DNA of 63,982 bases, counting the filler, from Dimargaris cristalligena (lineage: Eukaryota): NCBI GenBank assembly GCA_003614675.1. It is 6 parts of 6 records of this genome, joined end to end, with 100 filler letters (N's around TTAATTAATTAA, not from the genome) between each part and the next. Parts side by side here need not be neighbours in the genome. Positions count along the whole stretch, not along the records: positions 11,055 to 22,001 come from ML003136.1; positions 22,102 to 33,031 come from ML003137.1; 4 more parts are not named here. One strand, given 5' to 3'. Position 1 is the stretch's first letter, and each line of letters starts with the position of its first letter. A program made the translations under genes and the position numbers. The notes under the pieces are model-generated. The model searched no databases and was not told where the DNA came from. It worked only from the letters and a program-made list of their open reading frames with translations. Below are positions 13,399 through 26,303 of this stretch, one piece after another.

Positions 13399-15887
13399 TG
13401 TTATCGAGACGGCTTGGAAGGGGGAGGGGGCGGCGACTAATTGGGGAAGAGTGGTCTCCAATTGGGAATGCTGTCAAAACTCGATGGTCGAATATATCGG
13501 TGGGTAACGTATGATGGGGCTGAGTGGGGCTTTTTATAATGATAGGAGTGGGCGACCGGGGGAATAGACGGTGGATGGCTAATCTATGTACAACGCGGGA
13601 GAGTAGGGAACCTCGTGGACCGTTCATAATTGAGCCACTTTCTATTATTATTATTATTATTATGACATATTTTAATGAGGGGTGGACTACCATACCAAGA
13701 GCTCGAAGTCGACTGTAATAAGAACTGGACTGGTTGTAGAGCACTGTGTAGCGCAGCCATTTCCCATGACTGATGGGTAGTACCATATGGCCCTAACGTA
13801 CGATTTTCCTATCTGACCATTGATCCGAACGGCACGAAGTACTCATGCCATATACGGTACTCAACAATAATAACCGAACGAAACTGCGGTAGTATATAGA
13901 AAGGCTCGTAAGTCGTCCCATTCTGGGCGATTATGATACTATTCAGGCTCTGTATTACACCCCCAACTACCTCCACCATCATGTTCATTCCAGTAGACCA
14001 ATGCCACTAGGCGACACGCCATACCCGGTCGGCTGATCGTTTTAAAGACGCGGGGTTAATTCAATTTTGGTGCAGATTTTATCCCATTCATACATTGTGC
14101 TGTCTATAATCCTTGGCTTCACCGCAGCCTGTTTAGGTCCTCTACCGCGGAATACATGACCATACTACATAGAGCCAACTCCCTCTGTAGACCCACGCTG
14201 GTCACACCCGTCCAACGTTCCCACTCCAAAAAAAATATTGAAAGTAGGTGCGCCATGGGGTGTGGTGTGGTTCGAGTCTAGGGAAATCAAGGCGCACTTC
14301 CCCCCCTCTCTTTTATTTATTTTTGATGTCGAGTGAATGGACGACACGGCCTCGGTGCGAGAGTTGCAGCAGAGGCTTGTCTAGGGTTGGAGAACGAGTT
14401 TGAGACCCCCTTACTATGATACAGCCGAGTAGAGCCGAGCCGCTCCCTGATCCGTTACATGTGGTTGATTTTTACGCATTGGGAAGCTGTGGAGTAGCTG
14501 TGTAGCACAACTCGGTGGTCTACCTAACCCGATGAGAAAGGCGGCAAACCAAAGGACCCCACAACCCTTAGGTCAAGGCCGTAGGTCGACTTATTGCTCA
14601 TAGTATATAAATGTATTCCGAAACCATTGAAAAAATAATACGTAAGTCGCTTTGCCCAGCCCCCAAGAATCCCTCCAACGGAGTTTGGGTATTCAATCTG
14701 GTGTGAGGTTCGTCATGTGGACTGTACTCTATTGAACCTGACCTGTACTTATGAGATATACTCTATCCCCTACCACCTACAAAAACCAGCCTGGGAGTCG
14801 TCTCCGGCTAAGTCCTCGCGGTACTTGCATTGGATTCGACGTGCTCCATATGGTCTCATCCACTGTTGTATATTGGTCAACTTGACTGGACGACCTATTT
14901 TGGAGGAAGGTGGGCATCAAGTTGCCCCTCCCAAAGTGGAGTGTATTACCCACCCACCCCCTCTTCCGAACGTATCAAAGCATCCCTCATCCCCCCCCCA
15001 ACCTACTGGTATCCCCAATTGTAGAGTTGCTATGGTGGGCCACATCCATTACGCGCTTGTAGGTGTATCTTCCCCCCCCTCTCTCAGTCTAGCGGGGTAT
15101 GGGTCGGACAAAGGGGAAGTGGGTATAGATAGGCGAAGACGAGAGATGGTGGTCCGCTGGCCATCCTCTCTATACAACCCATAGGGAGTGCGGGTCAGTC
15201 AACTTGGGCGGGAGAAGAGAGGCCCCAACCAGATCTGCTAACACTTATACGCCTTCATGGACTCAGGGTAGGTTGCGACATTCCACCCGTTCTTCTCCTC
15301 CCCCTCTTCTGTACTACACTAAGTCAAATGCTGATACGAGTCTCATATGCTGATGTGCCTTTGTTGTCCATTTTCTTCTTTCAGAATAATCAGAAGTAGA
15401 CAATGAACGACTGGTGCACATCAAAGTATACCTCGCTCTGCGCACTCAGCTGCATCGTTTTGAAACGTGGGTTGATTAACTAGGAGAGAGAAGGAGAGAG
15501 ATAGTTTCATAAAACCTACTATAAAAAACCCCCGACCCTTACATGACACACTCACAATTAACCTGTAATCTTTTTTGGTCGCATTTTCCCTCGCCCAAAC
15601 GACCGAGCATCTACATATTTAAAAACCCTATAAAATGCAGTTACTGGCCGCTCCATCCCCACTATATTAGTGCAACCTCGCAGTTACTATCTTTTTCACC
15701 CACGTCTTATCTATATATCTCACATTTTACCATTATTATATCTCTGTGTATTTCCCACATTGCCTTCTGCCAGTGTATCCACCACGTTTTCTTTATCGGT
15801 ATAAACCTTTCTAGCCTTTCTTTTTCCGAAGTGCTAACCGCCGCTTTTCTTCCCCGACATCATTGACAGCCGTCGCATATTAGTACG

Positions 15888-16091
15888 ATGAGGTATTATA
15901 TGACCGTTCCCATTCTGCTTATTATCATAAGTTTGCACACCACTGTGGCAACGCCTATATTTCCTAAAGTAACCAAGTTCATGAAAGAGCATACGCCTAA
16001 AAAGATGTACGAGAAAGCTGCGATATATACGTACCGAAAGATGGGTGATGTATTCCTGCCTGGCCTTCGCAAGTCAAATAAACCCCGCTAA
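15888..16091 (+). CDS. Putative small secreted cationic peptide (67 aa)
   Basis: MRYYMTVPILLIIISLHTTVA|TPIF signal peptide followed by a Lys/Arg-rich mature region; TATAAAA elements upstream. Confidence 0.5.
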   Translation: MRYYMTVPILLIIISLHTTVATPIFPKVTKFMKEHTPKKMYEKAAIYTYRKMGDVFLPGLRKSNKPR

Positions 16092-16965
16092 GTCACATTT
16101 CTGAAGTCACCGGGAATCATCATGGCAGGGACATTTGACATTCGGCATTATCCACATTCAATTAAGTCGCTGGTTGTATATTCCAATCAGTCAACTTCCA
16201 CCACCCCCATCAACATTCACAACCCTCCCTCTGTCACATTATATAACCATTTTTGGTATAGTTATTTATATTGTTTCAAGCCCTTGATTATAAATGATAC
16301 TTATTCCAATAAATGCGGTTGGACCACACCACCACCCTCTAACTAACCCTTCCATGGCGCCTAGATTTAAGGCTGTAAACAAGTATGCATGCAAGTGCGA
16401 GGGTATGTGGTGAAGGTGTTACAACACGGTATTATCTCGTCGCTCTACCGAGATAGGCCAGCAGCCTCTTTCAGACCCAATTCACCTACTGATAGGTAAT
16501 ATAGTAGAAGGGTATTGGGGAACGAGGGAGGGAAGGGGAGGCATCCGCCGTGGAATTTAGTAACATCGTCGAAGAAGTACCCCACCCCCCCCTTACCAAT
16601 GTATCATAAAGAATGGATCAGCTTGGGTTCTCGCTGCTACCTTGCCCATCGCTCCACTGGCACCTTCTACACGGTAATGGTGGCTTCTATATTGGCTAAA
16701 CGGTCGAAATTCCATAACCCCCAGGTAGGTGGTATTGTATATTCCATAAAGTTGCCATTTGCAATAGTTGATAAAACCTTAAAAAACGCGTTCATTTACA
16801 TTAAATCTAATGTGCCTCTACAACCACTTATTCGCCTAAAATTAGAGTGTGGGGGGGAGAGTCACAATAGAGTGGTGTGCTACATGTGTGTGTGATGGTA
16901 AATCTCATCCTTTACCTTAATCGCAATTCCTTATTTTGAATGGACATGTTTGCACCCATCAATAT

Positions 16966-17102
16966 GGGAGTAGTTCAACCAGGCTGTATAACGAAAAATC
17001 CATTTGATGAGGCAAATACTACTTGGTTGAAAATAAACATCCCACCGAGTTTCCCATACGCATATCAGTTAAACCCTTATACAGCCAAGCTGAACTTCAC
17101 CC
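16966..17102 (+). mobile_element. MITE copy 2 (137 bp)
   Basis: Close match to copy 1; ATAT on both flanks. Confidence 0.92.
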
Positions 17103-17499
17103 ATATTATACCACAACCATCCGCGTACATCACACCAGGTACTTTCCATTAAATTTATACTGGCGGTTTTTCTTCTCTTATAAATACAGCATTGTCTACG
17201 CACTCCCCAAAATGACCCGCTAAATAATAGCGGGGACATTGGAAATAACCAGAACGGTTGAATAAGGAAATTAATCATTTATATCCAATATACAAAATTT
17301 ACCGTTGTTTCAGGCTAAAATATGAAAAATCGAGCTATATGTAGAGTTTGAAAAAAAAAACCCCCAACTGGATAAAGTAGGCATAAAGAGAGCGAGAGAA
17401 AGCCTATACAGTCCACCCGAAAGCGATGGTGGTATGGTGGTAATGAGTGTATTAAAAAAAGGAAGGGATGGGGTCTTCCATATAAGAGTTGTGGTAAAG

Positions 17500-19224
17500 T
17501 TAGGTATGAATACCAGCCACCACCTGGGGGTAGGCCGCCCGCACCCGCTCAAAGAGATCTGGTTTCGAACGCTGCATCGCCTGGGGGTCCTCAGCCAAAC
17601 ACACAAAGGTGGTGGAATTACCGGAATCGATCACCTGCCCGGCCAGGTAGAACAAGGACATGCCGATGAAAAACGACACCAAAATCACCACGGGGGTGAA
17701 AGTACCCGAGGCGTTGAAGGTCGGCTTAACCACCGAAATGTAGCCGTAGCCCACCATGGCACAGACGCCACCCACGACCAGACCACCGAGACCAATGACA
17801 TTGCCCACCAGGTCGTCGTTGATGAGGGTGTCGATACCCCGGTTCTTAATGAGGTTCCAGGTATCCTTGGCCGCTGGAATGAAGGGTTTACCGTACATGG
17901 CTACTTCGATATAGGCGTACTTGTTGAAGAATTCGAGCAGGCTCTGAATCATGCCCAAAATGCAGCCCACGCAACAAGCGATAAAGGCCCCGATGGCGTC
18001 ATCGCTGCCGGCATTAAGCAGCGTCTGCAGGATGGCGCGGATGGTCTGGAAAAGCGCGACCAGGAGCGAACCGAAGCACACACTACCAAAGGAGTTGGTG
18101 GTGGCCCGTTTGAAGGCGGACACGGTGGGGTTGGCCGTGGGGTAACCCATGGGGGAACCTTCGAAGAAGTAAAAGGTGGCATAAAGGCCGGCGATGGTCG
18201 TGTGGAGCACATTGAAGATGACCTGGGTGACCCAGTACCAGACGAAGCAGAGGTACACGATGACACCAATGAGACGGCCATTGGAACAGGACACGTCGGG
18301 TCGACCGGCACTGTTGGTGTAGTTGCGGCAAGTCTCATAGTGCTTCATGTACGAGAAGGTGGAAGTTAGGGTAATGGACCACCACATCAGAAAGGCCACG
18401 TTGAGGACCAGGAAGACGGTGCCAAAGTAGATGGTGGCGGGGAACTTGCGCATAATCTGCATAACGGTGGTCATGAGCACCGTAGCGAGCGGAATACGGT
18501 GCCGGGCGTAGAACCACATCACGAGACTGATAATAGCGAAGATGGTGGCCAGAATGGCGGCCCACCACAGCCGGCGGTAAAAGTAGTAGCCGGCCATGGC
18601 AAAGCCAAGGACGACGCCGACCCAGTAGGACACGATAATCATCGTTTTCGGGATGGCCTGCATGAGGCCGAGGTAGACGAGACTAATGACGAAGCCGGTC
18701 AGAGCCACAATGAGGAAACAGACAATGGTAGGCAGGCTGAAAAAGTTGGTGCTGTCGGAGTACTTGCCCGGGCGGGTAAAGGTGCCACTCGGGAGGGAAC
18801 GGATGGACAGGACACTATAGACCACGAAGGAGGCGAAGACAATTAAAAATAGGACAGCGGCCCAGATATCCCGAAAGACAGGGGTGCGGTTGTACTTTTG
18901 GGCACCTTCGCCGTAGTCGTCCTTGGGCGGGGGGGCGCCGCCGGAATGCATCGGTGGGGGGGCGCCGCCGGAATGCATCGGTGGGGGGGGTTGGTACGAC
19001 GGAGGGGCCTGTGGGTAGGCCTGGTCCGGGCCCATGGGGGGCTGGCCCACGTAGGGGGATGCATTGTAGGCCGAGTCGGCGGAGCCGGCACCATAGTTCT
19101 GGGGCGGAGGATAGCCCCCGTAGCCGCTCTGGGGCGGTGGAGCATACGGGTTGGGGTTCGGGGGACCGTTGTAGTAACCCGGGTTGGGGCCGTAGGGATT
19201 GGGCTGTTGGTACGGGTCAGCCAT
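17500..19224 (-). CDS. PNS1: Choline transporter-like (CTL/SLC44) membrane protein Pns1, intronless
   Basis: Pro/Gln/Tyr-rich N-terminus, FRDIWAAVLF, RATTNSFGSVCFGSLLVA, FNKYAYIEVAMYGKPFIPAAKDTW, FVCLAEDP. Start taken at MADPYQQ. Confidence 0.93.
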   Translation of the reverse strand: MADPYQQPNPYGPNPGYYNGPPNPNPYAPPPQSGYGGYPPPQNYGAGSADSAYNASPYVGQPPMGPDQAYPQAPPSYQPPPPMHSGGAPPPMHSGGAPPPKDDYGEGAQKYNRTPVFRDIWAAVLFLIVFASFVVYSVLSIRSLPSGTFTRPGKYSDSTNFFSLPTIVCFLIVALTGFVISLVYLGLMQAIPKTMIIVSYWVGVVLGFAMAGYYFYRRLWWAAILATIFAIISLVMWFYARHRIPLATVLMTTVMQIMRKFPATIYFGTVFLVLNVAFLMWWSITLTSTFSYMKHYETCRNYTNSAGRPDVSCSNGRLIGVIVYLCFVWYWVTQVIFNVLHTTIAGLYATFYFFEGSPMGYPTANPTVSAFKRATTNSFGSVCFGSLLVALFQTIRAILQTLLNAGSDDAIGAFIACCVGCILGMIQSLLEFFNKYAYIEVAMYGKPFIPAAKDTWNLIKNRGIDTLINDDLVGNVIGLGGLVVGGVCAMVGYGYISVVKPTFNASGTFTPVVILVSFFIGMSLFYLAGQVIDSGNSTTFVCLAEDPQAMQRSKPDLFERVRAAYPQVVAGIHT

Positions 19225-20436
19225 GGAGCGAAGGACTGGGCTGTTGGAGGGTTTGGTTAAGTGGGTATTAATATACGAAGGGTCGAAATAAATACTTTGG
19301 GATGAATAGAAGGGAAAATGCAATACAAAAGAGAGAAGGAATCAACCGAGCGGAGTCGTGAAAGGTGAAAACAGCAGACGCAGGTAATTGCAGCAGTAGG
19401 GGAGATAAATACAACGAGTGATTTGCAGGCGGGAGAGGGGCTATAGCTATAGTGGTATCTGTGTTACACACAACAAGGCCACCGGAAAACAGGGAAACGA
19501 TGAGCCGATTACATTCACGAAGGAACAAAAGAATACAATAGGCCGCAGGGGTGAAAGAACAAGAGAGAATAGGGGACCCGTGCATAAGTTGAGTATATGC
19601 CACTATTATAGCCGCGCATATATTTTTACCCCACCATCTTCTTCTCTCTACTCTTTTCTTCTTACTCCCTTCTCCCCGTTTCCGTATTGGCTGACTAGCC
19701 CGCGCCACAGTTACAACCACCACTGCCTTAAGTTATGAATGCCAAGCCCATTCGATTGTCGAGGCTTGGCACGGTCCCCTTCTCTTTTCTCCCCCCACCT
19801 TCCGAGCCCCTCCACCTATGAAATCGCCCGAACGACCTCAGCCCACTCACCACAGCGTTACGAACATTCCATCCAAAACGAAATCCATGGCAAGGGAACC
19901 AGTGCAGTGGTAGTTAGCCTAACTGACTAGTAGTAAATCTACGCCATAGCCAATTACTTTATTTTGCTCAAAAAAATCCCATCCAAGGCATTGGCAAATT
20001 GCGGTCCACGACATAGAAGGCTGCTCATAAAAAACTCATGTTTTTCACGTGCATTACTATAATATTCTCCGAGATCCCTGCACTATTGTATATTCTAATT
20101 TACTGGTGGTGATGGTATTCGCTGCAGTCACTCACATGTATGTCGCCCCAATATTATTGGCAATCCTTCCTCAGCCCAGGCGTGTCCCAATCAGTGAAAA
20201 TGACACTCGGATCAATAGGTACAATAATATTACTGGCACAGCTCCTGGCTATATCCACTCATTTTTTCCTTACTAGACGACCCCCTCTCCGCAAAATCCT
20301 TGTTAATTATGTGGTCAACGTTCTTTCTGTTGAATAATTAACTCAATGACCCCTACCTCAAAAAAGTGGCGTGAGATATTAGAATATTACAGCACCTCCA
20401 CCGTAGCACCAAAGTAGCACACACAGACATATATAT

Positions 20437-20709
20437 GAGAGAAGTTCATTCAGGCTGTATAACAAAAATCCATTGGATGAGACCAATATTACTGGTTAAA
20501 AGCTATTCTTACATATGGGTGAACTTCAACCCAACTGTATAAGATTTTACACAATATGTGTATGGGATAATATGTGGGAGAATAATTTTTGACCAGTAAT
20601 ATTTACCTTGTCAAATGGATTATTCGTTATACAGCCTGGATGAACTTCTGCCATATTCACCCATGCACGTATTATGTAAACCCTTATACAGCTGGTTTGA
20701 ATTTCACCC
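20437..20709 (+). mobile_element. MITE copy 3 (outer), interrupted by a nested copy
   Basis: The left 80 bp (GAGAGAAGTTCATTCAGGCTGTATAA...) and right 53 bp (...TTATACAGCTGGTTTGAATTTCACCC) together match the copy at 36142; ATAT flanks. Confidence 0.88.
20517..20652 (-). mobile_element. MITE copy 4 (136 bp), nested in copy 3 in inverted orientation
   Basis: GGGTGAACTTCAACCCAACTGTATAAG...TTATACAGCCTGGATGAACTTCTGCC with ATAT on both sides. Confidence 0.88.
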
Positions 20710-21153
20710 ATATATATATTGAGGATTTAAAAGACTGGCCTTTAATTACTATTGCTAATTTGATGCCGGCCCACTTCGCCACATTTAGGGTTCTCCTATA
20801 CACCCCTTACTTCATTGATCAACACCATATAATATTCCTCCATTTTATCGACAGCCTACATTGAATAAGACCAGCGGAGAAGAACCATTTGGGGTCAGGG
20901 GATGTATCCATTACATTAGTGAACTGCCAGGGGAAACATAATATCAAGAACAATTCACTAAAATGGCAGGAAATTGACCACGCACGTCCTAATGAAGGGT
21001 GATTGATTGATTTTAATTTCAACAATGGTCACTGGGATACTGATGCCTGTGAATTAGCAGTATAGACTAGGGTGTTGCATTCGGCACCCGAAACGAAATC
21101 GCTTGGTGTTTGGCAAACAGCCAAAAGCACGGTCAAGTGACTTGGGCCGTTAA

Positions 21154-22001
21154 TTACTCTGAAATACGGGACAACTCCAGAAGACATTCCCTCCAATGTA
21201 AAGTAAAACCATTGATGGTTTCCATTCGGAACTGCTTCGAATTGAGATTAGTAACGATTTCCAACCCGCCTACCGTGTTCCAAGCGCCAAAGTCGAGTAA
21301 ATACGGATACTTGTTTTGACTCTTCATTGTGCGTAAGTCGTTGAGCATCGCTGGTCGTTCCGTCAGTAGAGTATCGGGAGCGAAAAAATCGCGGACGGAC
21401 ATATCATCCAGATAGGTGAAACCAAACTGGGGCTTAATATCGAACTTCTTTTTGAGTTCGCTTTGATCATCGGTCAAATCATGTAGGTTTTTGATTACAG
21501 TATACAGGAAGCCATTATCAACCCCTGCGTTAAGCGTAGCTTGGACCGCGCGCAAGGTGCCTATCAAATTGCTATTAGGAGCATCCCGGAAAACGAGCGG
21601 GAACTGACAAGCAAATATCCTACTGTTCGAGAGACGTCACACCGGCCAAGGGGGTCCTTGCGGCCATGGCCTAAATATGCCAAATCCATCTGGGAAACTC
21701 CGAAATGGCGGCTGTAGGCGCAGACTAAGGTTGTCAAGACGAGTTCAATCGGGGTGGCCCTGAGTTGTTTAGCCACCGTGACCATGAGGTGGTTGGTGGC
21801 GCTATGGTCAATTAAAGCTACCGCGCGCTCCCGGGTCTCATTGGTAATCGGCATGTCATTGACGGGAAGCTCTACAGGCAGAGGTGCGGTTAATAGGGGT
21901 AAGGAAATACTGGCTGGGTCAGTGGACTGGGCCAGGGACCAGAGGAGGTAAGCCCACGCTATGTACGAGTGGGTTTTCGGGTCAAGAGGCTGTCCTCCTC
22001 C
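21154..22001 (-). pseudogene. 3' end of a second NRPS (terminal epimerisation/condensation-like domain), frameshifted; truncated by the contig end
   Basis: GQPLDPKTHSYIAWA...PIELVLTTL...LGHGR...DVSRTVGY(F)ACQFP...FTYL. Adding one T near 21614 joins ORFs 21564-21854 and 21154-21567. Confidence 0.75.
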
Positions 22002-22101
22002 NNNNNNNNNNNNNNNNNNNNNNNNNNNNNNNNNNNNNNNNNNNNTTAATTAATTAANNNNNNNNNNNNNNNNNNNNNNNNNNNNNNNNNNNNNNNNNNN
22101 N
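22002..22101. other. Artificial contig spacer
   Basis: N-TTAATTAATTAA-N. Confidence 0.98.
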
Positions 22102-25100
22102 TCGTCGTCGTCGATGCTCTGTTATGGCTCCTCTCCACTAAAAAATTGGCATCCCCGCCCACGGCTCCTTGCATTACACCCAACCCCGCTCTATGGATAT
22201 TATGTAGTCTGCCCACCTTTCGACAGCCGCATGATCGAATTGGTGCATAGGGCTTTCAGTTACCCTGCGATACTTTAATCGCCATATAATGTAGGCCCCG
22301 GGCCCGTGCTACTGCCTGACCCTAAGTGCTGGCTGTTGGTGCGACCTCTCCCCGTCCCCTGTGCTACACAACTTCCCCTCCGTGGCCGCACATCTCCGAC
22401 TTAGCCCCCAAATGAGACTAGACGTACTTGATGGACAGTGCCCATTTCTATTATCCTCCCTACCTGCCTAGCTAGATATCTATGCATTGCTCCTGTGGTA
22501 TGGATCAATCTATAGTTCTGACTAACGCCTCACTCTTCCAGCTAACAACCCCCCTATTGTTTCGCCCGCTATTATATTTCTAAAGTGGAGGTGGCGCGCC
22601 CTTCCCTCTTTACGAGGCGCCACTACCGGTTCCCGGGTCTTCCCAACCGATCCATTTGAACGGGCCCCACTCTGGTCTCACTCCGCCGTCTGATTCATTC
22701 TCTGCGACTCCTTGATACCGGACCGTTCAAATGCTACACCACCTCCTCTACCTCCTCCCCCTTCTCCATGGGCAACATTACTGAGCCGACTGGGTGTATA
22801 TCAATGGGTATCCCATTGCTCAGTTTGATGAGGCATATCCCAGGAATATAGGTGCCCTCACTGAAGCAAGGCTGGTCATGTTTGAAGGGTAAGAAGTACT
22901 ATTTTACTATTAGGCGGGAGATATAAGCCCCCCGCTGCATGGCAGCTGCTCATGCCCATATCAGTCTAGTGGAATAATAGCCCACTACATTTGCAAATCA
23001 GCCAGCACCAATAACTCACCTTTCCAATCGCCGTACGGTCATTAACCCCGCACTAGGAAAATGGCCAATCGGAATGGACTGGCAGAGCAATAATAACGAG
23101 AGGGCGTTTCAGCAGGCGGAGGAGCAACAACGACTCCCTCATAGAAATACACCTGCCAACCAAGTAGTTGTTGAAACTCAGAGCCAAGGACCTTACACTC
23201 CCATTCCCATCCCCCGGCCCAATCCGGCCATCTGTGATCCCCTCGTCCATCCGTCGTCTCTTACCCCTCCTCCTCCTCCTTCACCGTCCTTCATGTCAGG
23301 CTGCCCTGGTTCCTGAGTTGATGTTACTCCGTATGGGTTTGTTTTGGTGGTTCTCGACCCACACTGACGGCTTATCAGCAGCAATGGCTCACTTCACTGA
23401 GGCGGTACATCTCACTGTGAATTGGTCAAGCTGATCCCACGCCCCCCACTGCTCCCAGCCAGAAAATATTTAGCGTGAATAATCAAAATAACTGGCCCAT
23501 ACAATTGTACCCAATGGGTTGGGCTTAGAGAATATTCTTCTACCTTGGGACCTTCTCATTTAGGAATAAGTGGCATTCCATAAGATACTGGCGCTGACTA
23601 TGAAGGTTTGATTAATTAGCTAGCTGCAGTATTGGAGTCAGAAAATGGGATGGCTCAATCTATTCAATGCAATGAGCGACCCCAAGGCTAGGTGGTGGTG
23701 ATTTACTAGGGCGCTGGAGGAACCTAACTGTATTAATAACAACAACAACAATAATGATGATGATGATGATGGAGTCGTGGTTTTAGTATTCCAGGACATT
23801 CCCCTGGCAGGAGACAAGACTGGGCTGATAGGCAATCCCACTGGTTGTCAGCACTATTGAACTCTGAATGTTCGGTTTAGAACAGCACCCTTAATTGCCT
23901 TATATTTACTAATCGCCCTTCACACACCTGGTCAAATGTGTGAAGGTGGGCAAAATGTACTCATTAATGGAGCGCCAGTGCTTCTCTACCACGTTCATCC
24001 ATCCTTTCCTTGGCCTATACCACGTCGATCACAACAGCCGGGGCAACGTTATGAAAGACCGAATTTGCCATAGGAGCCGATAATCCCCCTGGATTAAGAC
24101 CTTGTTACTCCATATTTACATCCCATAGCAAAAAGTACACTACGATGTTCACTGTGTTGAACTGATAATAGAATAGTGATTTCCCCCATCCCCTGCGCTA
24201 CAGTCATAATAATACAAATATAGTCCTGCCTTCGTCAACTAGCTGTGTACTACACTACCGAAAACAAAAATCGCTGAACGAAAAAGTAGGATTGCTAATT
24301 GTGCGATTTTTTTTTCTTTTTTACTTTTTGAAAGCTCCACGCATTACCAAATGAGAACGTTCTTGGTATACATTGTGTTCACTGTTAATCCATTGGTTAG
24401 CATTAATATGCGAATAGCTATGACGCTATCGGGAATGGAGCGTGTCCACTAAGGTTAAGTTCTTAATTGCTAGAGCAGAGGGTAGTTTTCCTTCGCCGTT
24501 TCCATCAAGGATGATCGTATTTTGCTTGTCGTCGGCATCAATATTACCTGTGTTATTTAATGAATACACCTACATTCACCGACCCTGCGATGAATTTATT
24601 CAATGCTTCCTTTGGGAAATCTACCCCAAGGAATGATTGGAAGGCTATAAAGCCAAGATCTATTTAAAAGGCGTGAGAGCCAGGAAAAGGTAACATTACT
24701 TTGAAAGGGGTATGGTTCGACAATTCGGTACCACGCTTGCCTGGTCGCACTACTGTAAGGGTAGTTTTGGGGCTTTGCAAAGTTTGGCACGCCCTTTGTT
24801 CAAATACCGTATCCCATTTCCGGTTCACATCAGCGCAGGTGACTAACCCACAATTACCCAATATTCCAAGGAAAAACAGCCGTAGACTAATTCCCGTGAA
24901 CCATATACCCACTATAATTGCATTTTCCAAGAGGCGCCTCGTATCTACCCCTAATCACCGTAGTCTCGCTCCTGTGAATTTTTGAAATTCCGTGGAGTAC
25001 CTAAATATCACAGGACTTGGTATAGCCCCGCCCAATTGATCTAAGCATGCTGCCCGACTGTAGTGTAGTCCAGGGAACACTCCTGGATTCAGCACATCAC

Positions 25101-25593
25101 ATATCTAACGATAGGTATACACTCGTAAGCGACTGATAATTGGGCATTGGGAAAATTTATAGGAGTTTTAATAGGAAAGTGCAATGTTTTTCCGGGGCGC
25201 TTTTCGGAAATTTAGGTACCCGAATATATTCCTATATATCACCCGCCCTATAATCGGACCAAGCTGGCCGTATATTGATATTTGGCTAATGAGATATGTG
25301 CTCACTGATTCTACTCTTCATTTACACTTTAATCCACCCTATGAAGTACCAAGGTAGGGCCTGCTGTTGACTGCAACTATCCACACCGCCCCCCCCCCCT
25401 TTCTGCCCGATCAGCCGACATTATAGGGCCACATGGTCAAGATGTACATGATTTATTGATTTCGCAAAGGCGGAACACCGGAGTTACAAAAACCTCGCCC
25501 ATGTATAGAGAATACAATGTAGAGTGATCATGGGCCCAAAGGAAGGGGTGGGGGTATAATAATAGGCCGCCATTTTACAGTTCTAAACCGCTC

Positions 25594-26303
25594 TCATTTG
25601 GTATTATTTTTCTCGGCCTCACTCTCGGACTCTGAGGTCAATTGGTGGATGGCGTTGCCCGGCTGGGACTGTTCAACCAGGGGTTTGAGCCACGACACAG
25701 GGTGGCGGTTGTACATTGGCCACGGCGGCAAAACGGCCAATAAAGTAATGACCACACCTCCGCCGAATACAAGTAGCAGAAGTTCGAACGACTGGAAGAA
25801 TTGGCCGACGGCAAAGGCCAGAACGGCCGCCAGAATAATGCCAATCTGGGTAATTTTTTCCGCGAGCACCTGGCCTTGGAAATCCTGTAGTAACAACGCA
25901 AAACAAACAATATATTTCCCCGGTATGGAGTGAGTAAACCAAGTTGAAGGTCAATGGGTTGTCTATGCCCGAGGCCATGGGTGGTGAGATAGGTCAAGTC
26001 AAAACAATCCCGTTGAGGCGGCACAGGGTGCTGAAGGCAAGACCGGCCTCATGCCGAGTATCCTGAGGAGCTTAGCCAGCGGTAGGCGTGGTCAATTTTC
26101 CATAGATGACTCCCATTCACGATGCGAATACCTAGATGGACTCTAGGTTGGGGACAGTAGCACTAGGATAGTCCATCGCATGACACCCGGGGCAGCATAG
26201 GGTAGGCTTTCCGGAAAATGCGGCCCAAGTTAACCACCTCTATAAAAAAAAGCCAAAGGAGACTTACGATGGTGCCTTCTAGGGCGGCTGAGATGGAAGA
26301 CAT
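25594..26303 (-). CDS. SPC1: Signal peptidase complex 12-kDa subunit (SPCS1); exons 26303-26268, 25884-25594
   Basis: Spliced MSSISAALEGTI|DFQGQVLAEK, two TM segments, VLPPWPMYNRHPVSWL; GTAAGT...TACAG intron. Confidence 0.92.

Noticed and set aside
17434-18369. 311-aa antisense ORF over PNS1, and similar shadow ORFs over PP1, GST and bHLH
   Set aside because: Expected from GC-rich third codon positions on the coding strand; no recognisable motifs.
23917-23946. Hairpin CCTTCACACA-N10-TGTGTGAAGG
   Set aside because: A single 10-bp stem with no second copy or context; compatible with chance.
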